A stretch of 64,000 nucleotides of DNA from an uncultured delta proteobacterium (GTDB lineage Bacteria > Desulfobacterota > Binatia > UBA9968). The DNA lies in NCBI GenBank assembly GCA_963727625.1, contig CAVSHR010000008.1, forward strand, positions 256,001 through 320,000, given 5' to 3'. Within the stretch, counting starts at the first letter, position 1. Every line of letters begins with the position of its first letter. Below the pieces are notes generated by a model that saw only the letters and a list, made by a program, of their open reading frames with translations, had not been told where the DNA came from and searched no databases. The translations under genes were made by a program, and so were the position numbers. Shown here in pieces: positions 58,992 to 64,000 of the stretch.

Positions 58992-59008
58992 GTGGCATTC
59001 CTATTGCT
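58992..59008 (+). promoter_or_regulatory. sigma54 promoter of the porin gene
   Basis: TGGCATTCCTATTGCT gives GG(58994-5)-N10-GC(59006-7). Confidence 0.8.
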
Positions 59009-59083
59009 GTTCTTTGGTCGAGTCTATTAACACTCGATTGCAGGCGTGTTACATTGCGGCTCAATTTGAAGGAGGTCAGTTCG

Positions 59084-60304
59084 ATGAAACTACGGTTCGC
59101 AACAATGGCATTTGTTCTCAGCTTGGTTGTCGGGACAACAGGGATGGGGCGGGCAGACGAGGACAAGCCTCTTGGGCCCGGCTGGCTCAGCTTAGACGGC
59201 AGTGTCGGCCTGCTCGATAATAAAATCGCCCAGGGCAAGGGCGCGCTGGAAAAAGCGTTGGGCATAAGCATCGGCGGGTTTTTGGACAGTAGCTATACTT
59301 GGAGCTCGAATCATCCGCGCAGCCCGTCGAACATTTCCGGGAGATACTTCGACAAGGATCAAAACAAAGTTGTTTTCAATGACTTTCACTTAGTGCTTGA
59401 CAAGCCCGAGAAAGATTGGGGAGTTGGTTTCCACATTGCTGGAGACTTCGGGCGAACCGGGGAACTCCTCCGCGAGGCAACCTTGTGGGGCAAAGCCTTT
59501 CACAAGGAGCCCTCGGCGGAATTGCGCGAAGCGTTCGTAACCACGACGATTCCTGTCGGTGAAGGGATCGGCGTCAAAGGGGGTCTTTTTGTGACGACTC
59601 TGGGCACAGAGATTTTGCTCAACCCGGGTGCGTATAATGATAACATCTCCCGATCTTTTCTATTTAATTATGCTATTCCGCTGCGCCACCTCGGCATGAT
59701 GTTCAGCTATCCTATTCACAAGATGGTATCTGTGAGCGCGGGCGTCGTGACGGGTTGGGATGATCCTTACGACAATAACCATCAGCCGTCGGGAATGTGG
59801 GGTTTGAGCTTCACCCCGATGGATCAATTCTCACTGACGAGTAGTTTCATTTATGGGCCAGAACAAGGAAACAATGACGCCAATAAGCGCTTCACCATGA
59901 GCCATGTGGCGATATTTAAGCCAATAGATCCGCTGGCGATCACCCTAGAGTATTCCTACGGCCACGAAGGCAAGGCTTCCTTAGGCGGCACGCGCGACGC
60001 GAGTTGGCAGGGAGTTGCCGGCATCGTTTCGTACAACTGGACGGATCGTTTTACCACGGCGTTCCGCGGCGAAGTATTCGATGACCCCGACGGCGCGCGT
60101 CTGGGCGGCAACTTTTACGGAACGCATGCCGACCAAACCGTCGGTGAAATCACTTTCACCGGTTCTTACAAGCTCACCAAGATGCTGCTTGGCCGTCTTG
60201 AATTCCGCCAGGATTGGTCCGACGAAGCATACTTCAAGCGGGGATCGACCAAAGCCGACAAGAATCAATCGACCTTGGCGGCGCAGCTCATCTACGCGTT
60301 CTAG
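59084..60304 (+). CDS. Outer-membrane beta-barrel porin (BBP2/DUF1597-like)
   Basis: RBS GGAGG, signal peptide, GLFVTTLGTE..NDNISRSFLFNYAIPLRHLG, RLEFRQD and terminal YAF. Confidence 0.8.
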   Translation: MKLRFATMAFVLSLVVGTTGMGRADEDKPLGPGWLSLDGSVGLLDNKIAQGKGALEKALGISIGGFLDSSYTWSSNHPRSPSNISGRYFDKDQNKVVFNDFHLVLDKPEKDWGVGFHIAGDFGRTGELLREATLWGKAFHKEPSAELREAFVTTTIPVGEGIGVKGGLFVTTLGTEILLNPGAYNDNISRSFLFNYAIPLRHLGMMFSYPIHKMVSVSAGVVTGWDDPYDNNHQPSGMWGLSFTPMDQFSLTSSFIYGPEQGNNDANKRFTMSHVAIFKPIDPLAITLEYSYGHEGKASLGGTRDASWQGVAGIVSYNWTDRFTTAFRGEVFDDPDGARLGGNFYGTHADQTVGEITFTGSYKLTKMLLGRLEFRQDWSDEAYFKRGSTKADKNQSTLAAQLIYAF

Positions 60305-60325
60305 AGAAATTAGTTCTTTCGCGCC

Positions 60326-60366
60326 AAAACGGGGAACGATATAACTTGTCGTTCCCCGTTTTTTTT
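60326..60366 (+). terminator. Intrinsic terminator after the porin
   Basis: AAAACGGGGAACGAT / GTCGTTCCCCGTTTT stem followed by a T-run. Confidence 0.8.
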
Positions 60367-60466
60367 AAAGCGCTTTGCCGAGTTTCGCACGTCGAGCCGA
60401 CTGCCGTTTTCCTCCTGGCTTTCTTAAGCCTCTGGCAAACCGCATTCGGCGTTGGTAAAAGCATAG

Positions 60467-62095
60467 TTGACCATCGCCTGCTTGGGTTCATCGAGCTTGG
60501 ATAACTGTAAATATTATCCCTTCCTTATATTGGCTCTTGGGCTTCTGTTGTTTTTCCCGGGACTTGGCGCCCGCGACTTTTGGGCACCGGTAGAGCCGCG
60601 CTACGCCGAGATCGTCCGGGTGATGTTTTCCAAAGGCCAATGGATCGTTCCCACTGTTAACGGTGAACTCTACACCGATAAGCCGATCCTGTATTTTTGG
60701 ATCGCCCTGGCGGCTGCCAAATGCTCCGGGGGCGTCAACGAATGGATCGTGCGCTTGCCTGCCGCCCTCGGCGGGTTGGGCTTTGTCCTGGCTACCTATT
60801 TTATTGGCCGCGAACTTTTCGGCGCGCGGATCGGCGTCATCGCGGCGGCGGTGCTCGCTACCTCTTTCCGAGTCGTCTGGGAGGCGCGCTGGGCTCATAT
60901 TGACATGCTTTTTGGTTTTTTCTTCCTTTTGTCGATCTATTTCGGCGCGCGGGCGCTTTTGCGCCGGGGCCCGCCCTATGAAGTTTTGCTGTCCTATATT
61001 TTCATGGCCTTGGCGACGCTGGCCAAAGGGCTGATCGGCGTCGTGCTGCCTGGATTGCTATTCGTCGCGTTTATCCTGGCGCGGCGCGACTGGCGTTTGA
61101 TCGGCGCCGCCAAGCTGCCGCTCGGTGTGCCGCTCTTTTTGCTCATCGCCGCGCCGTGGTTTTACCTGGTGAGCCGGGCCACCGGCGGTAAATGGTTGGC
61201 TGACTTTATCTATATTCATCACCTCCAGCGCTACACGGCGGGCGCGGGACACCGCCGGCCGTTCTATTACTACTTCACGACATTGCCGGCGGACTTTTTG
61301 CCTTGGACCGCCTTTGCGATTCCGGCGCTGGCTGCCTATCGTGACTATCGACGGGCTTGGGCCGAGCCAGCGCTGCAATTCTGTTTGTTGTGGTTTTTAA
61401 CCGTATTTTTTTTCTTCAGCGCGTCGGATACGAAGCGCGATCTCTATCTCTTGCCGCTGCTGCCGACGCTCGCTTTCCTAGTGGCAAATTATCTCGACGA
61501 TCTCGACGGCTATAAGCTTTCGCCGCGTGCGCTCTACCCTTGGTTCACGGCGAGTTTCTTCGCCATCATTGCGCTGTCGGGTCTCGCTCTGCCGGCGGTG
61601 GCCTGGTTTGTGCGCCCGGAGGTGATCTGGCTGTCTATCCCATCCAGTGTCGTTCTAGCTGTTACGGGAAGCCTAGCGGTCACAGGGATTTTACGCCGCC
61701 GGGCAAACGCCACTCTGGTATCCGTGAGTGCGATGATGCTGCTTACCGTGATCACGACATCGCTGTGGATTTTTCCGTACTTGGAGCAATTCAAGTCGCA
61801 CCGGCAGTTTTCCCGGGAGATTCAAAAATTGGTTCCGGCGGCGGCGCCGTTGTATGTTTATGCCGACACCATGAACGATTTCAATTATTATACCGGGCGC
61901 GAGGTCATGCCGGTGCTCGCGAGGCCGGAAGAAGTGGCAAAGCTTCGCAGCACGCCGCGAACGAGTTATCTCTTGATTAAGGCGCGTGATTTGAAACGGC
62001 TCCCGGCGCCGCCGCCGGCAACGGCGCTGGCAAGCCGCAGGCTCAGCAGCACAATTTGGTATTTGTTCGAGTTCAAGAATCCGCCCGGGAGTTAA
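60467..62095 (+). CDS. ArnT-like (GT83/GT39) lipid-carrier-dependent glycosyltransferase
   Basis: EPRYAEIVRVM..WIVPTVNG..DKPILYFW, LAKG, PW and KRDLYLLPLLP. Confidence 0.85.
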   Translation: MTIACLGSSSLDNCKYYPFLILALGLLLFFPGLGARDFWAPVEPRYAEIVRVMFSKGQWIVPTVNGELYTDKPILYFWIALAAAKCSGGVNEWIVRLPAALGGLGFVLATYFIGRELFGARIGVIAAAVLATSFRVVWEARWAHIDMLFGFFFLLSIYFGARALLRRGPPYEVLLSYIFMALATLAKGLIGVVLPGLLFVAFILARRDWRLIGAAKLPLGVPLFLLIAAPWFYLVSRATGGKWLADFIYIHHLQRYTAGAGHRRPFYYYFTTLPADFLPWTAFAIPALAAYRDYRRAWAEPALQFCLLWFLTVFFFFSASDTKRDLYLLPLLPTLAFLVANYLDDLDGYKLSPRALYPWFTASFFAIIALSGLALPAVAWFVRPEVIWLSIPSSVVLAVTGSLAVTGILRRRANATLVSVSAMMLLTVITTSLWIFPYLEQFKSHRQFSREIQKLVPAAAPLYVYADTMNDFNYYTGREVMPVLARPEEVAKLRSTPRTSYLLIKARDLKRLPAPPPATALASRRLSSTIWYLFEFKNPPGS

Positions 62096-62132
62096 ACCGA
62101 GCGTTGTTAAATTTTATTCGGCGCAATCGCGT

Positions 62133-62558
62133 ATGAAACAAACGGTTCTGTGGTTAATTGTCGGCGTGGCTGCCGGTGCACTAGTCTGGTGGGTGGTGCC
62201 GGCGTATTTTAATAAGCCGGTTGATCCGCGCTCGGTAGAACATTTGAATCAAATTGCCGCAGAGATCAATCGCTCGGTGCCGGTCATGATCGACGAGGAA
62301 ACCGAGCTCATGCCGTCCAGGGCCGGTTACGCGATGCTGATCTACAACTACAGGCTGGTGAAATATTCGGTAGCACAGTTGGATCATGAAAAATTCGCCG
62401 CCGGCGCCAAACAAAGGGTGACCCAGGGCGCCTGCAACCGGCCTGAAACCCGCGACGACTTTCTCAAGAAAGGCGTCGCTCTACGCTATTCCTATTTCGA
62501 TAAAGACAAAAAACATATCGCTACGATTGACGTGACTCCGGCAGATTGCGGGTTCTGA
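62133..62558 (+). CDS. Membrane-anchored hypothetical protein (PA3611/pilotin-like fold suspected)
   Basis: N-terminal TM, PVMIDEETEL, YNYRL, two Cys, and LRYSYFDK..DVTPADC. Confidence 0.6.
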   Translation: MKQTVLWLIVGVAAGALVWWVVPAYFNKPVDPRSVEHLNQIAAEINRSVPVMIDEETELMPSRAGYAMLIYNYRLVKYSVAQLDHEKFAAGAKQRVTQGACNRPETRDDFLKKGVALRYSYFDKDKKHIATIDVTPADCGF

Positions 62559-62572
62559 AAAATAGAGTGTTG

Positions 62573-62623
62573 GAGTACTGGAGCGTCGGGGCTTTAAGGC
62601 ATCCCTTCATCGCTCCAGTACTC
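62573..62623. repeat. REP-like inverted repeat between convergent genes
   Basis: GAGTACTGGAGCG ... CGCTCCAGTACTC, with perfect 13-bp arms. Confidence 0.65.
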
Positions 62624-62684
62624 TCATGCCGATTACTTAGGTCCGATCCTTCGCTAGGGGGCTCAGGATTACCGTCTTCGACGG

Positions 62685-63701
62685 TTATTTGAGGATCTCT
62701 TTTGCTCGCGGAATCAGTTTCGGATCGAGATTGAAAACATTTTTCACGTTATGTTCGAGCTCGGCGCCGTCGAGCGGATTGATGTCGAGCTTTGCTTTTT
62801 TGGCGTCGGCGAGGAAGTCCGGATCCTTCATGGTGTCCATGAACGCCTTGCGGAGAATCGCCAGGCGAGCTTTCGGCGTGGCCGGAGGTAGCATATAGGG
62901 CCGTGCCGTCGGTCCAACGCTGTGCACCAGCGCGCGGATCAATTTTTTCCCCTCGTCGGTCTTGGCGTAGTTGATGGCTAGGGGCAGTTTAGGTTGCTCC
63001 GGGTACGGTTTCGCGGTGGTCTGCAACATGAGAACGAGATCGCCGGAGCTCAACTGCTTGGGCCAGGTCGACTTGAAGGATTCCCAAGCATTGCAAACTC
63101 CTTGGATCTCGCCGCTGTCGAAAGCAAGTCGGACATTTGCGGTACCTTTGTAGCCGCTTACGAGCTGCATGGGCAGACCAATCGTCGCCGCAAGAACTTT
63201 TGGAATGTCGTCAGTTGCCGAGCCGACGCCGACACCGCCGAGTTTCACTACTTTTTTAGTAGAGAGCCATTGATCGATGCTGGTGAGGCCGGTGTTCTTG
63301 TGTATGCCCAGCATATAGTGATCCTGCGCGGGCACGCCGACGTACTCGAATTTGCGTGCGTCGAACTCAATTCCCGGCTTGCCGAGAAGCTGTTGCATGA
63401 AAAGTCCGCCGATGAAATGACCCATGGTCAAGCCGTCCGGCTTCGCGACTCTGTACATATAATTAGCCGAGATCAGGAATCCGGCGCCGGGCATGTTGTC
63501 GACGACGATGGTCGGACTGCCGGGAATATGTTTACTCATGTGGCGGGCGATGGTACGGGAGTAGGTGTCGTAGCCGCCCCCGGCCGAAGCGCCGACGATG
63601 ATCCGCAGGGTCTTGCCCTGATAAAATGGAGTCTGCGCGTTGGCCGAGGCCAGGCCGAGGCACAGGCTCAGAAGGATTGCCAGAAAACCAGTTCGTTTCA
63701 T
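62685..63701 (-). CDS. Tripartite tricarboxylate transporter substrate-binding protein (Bug/TctC family)
   Basis: Signal peptide, GASAGGGYDTYSR, NMPGAG, PDGLT and GYKGT. Confidence 0.9.
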   Translation of the reverse strand: MKRTGFLAILLSLCLGLASANAQTPFYQGKTLRIIVGASAGGGYDTYSRTIARHMSKHIPGSPTIVVDNMPGAGFLISANYMYRVAKPDGLTMGHFIGGLFMQQLLGKPGIEFDARKFEYVGVPAQDHYMLGIHKNTGLTSIDQWLSTKKVVKLGGVGVGSATDDIPKVLAATIGLPMQLVSGYKGTANVRLAFDSGEIQGVCNAWESFKSTWPKQLSSGDLVLMLQTTAKPYPEQPKLPLAINYAKTDEGKKLIRALVHSVGPTARPYMLPPATPKARLAILRKAFMDTMKDPDFLADAKKAKLDINPLDGAELEHNVKNVFNLDPKLIPRAKEILK

Positions 63702-63743
63702 AACTTCTCCTCGTTGAAAAATGGCTAATCTTGTTGCGGCACT

Positions 63744-63869
63744 TTACTTTAAGATCTCTGTGAGTTGCTTGACTACGCGCATGTCGTTCTTAGAAGTCTG
63801 AGCGGAGATTTTAGCGATTTCCTGGCCGGTCAGCGGGGCGGTTTCAACCCGGGACTCCTTCACCTCGGC
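63744..63869 (-). pseudogene. C-terminal remnant of a second TctC-like gene
   Basis: AEVKESRVETAPLTGQEIAKI...KQLTEILK* parallels ADAKKAKLDINPLDGAEL...RAKEILK*. There is an in-frame stop at 63921-63923 and the rest of the gene is absent. Confidence 0.5.
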
Positions 63870-64000
63870 TATTATGTTGGAGGCCCCCAACCTCCACGGA
63901 CCACTTTTTTCGGCAATTAACTACGAAAAGCCGGTTTGAGTCAACGGTCGTGAAGCATCTCCATGCGCAGTTCGTCCTCCCATGCGCGGCTGCCGCCGGG

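Noticed and set aside
63941-64000. Possible 3' end of a minus-strand gene (…PGGSRAWEDELRMEMLHDR*)
   Set aside because: Only 19 codons are visible at the window edge, too few to assign.

Overview
GC-rich bacterial chromosome segment. It is probably from a deltaproteobacterial-like lineage (Candidatus Binatia-like), inferred only from gene content and order. In order it contains: (1) small housekeeping genes (1-2.7 kb); (2) a ~17.5 kb surface-glycan island with GT-C/GT2/GT4 enzymes, Wzm/Wzt (wzt frameshifted), a sulfotransferase, two GT-methyltransferase fusions and a radical SAM enzyme; (3) pilD plus two tandem FimT-PilV-PilW-PilX minor-pilin sets; (4) tmk-holB-metG-tatD; (5) a DtxR/MntR-controlled FTR1-cytochrome c / Com-like zinc ribbon / beta-barrel / FMN-binding / ApbE / membrane-protein operon with an internal attenuator-like RNA; (6) Usp, a nitrilase and a deiodinase-like selenoprotein (in-frame UGA plus SECIS) that the ORF track splits in two; (7) a defence hotspot with two TA pairs, an HsdS remnant and a type III R-M whose mod and res each carry one in-frame stop; (8) a sigma54/NtrC-type nitrogen region with glnK-amtB, amt and glnB remnants, glnA, a GATase coupled to an Asp-less ANTAR regulator, a textbook ANTAR attenuator ahead of a decayed operon, and a porin; (9) ArnT-like and TctC genes. 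The best candidates for undescribed systems are the Com-like protein plus repeat/terminator attenuator inside the iron/flavinylation operon, and the GATase plus pseudo-receiver ANTAR pair. All family assignments come from motif recognition by eye; no searches were run.
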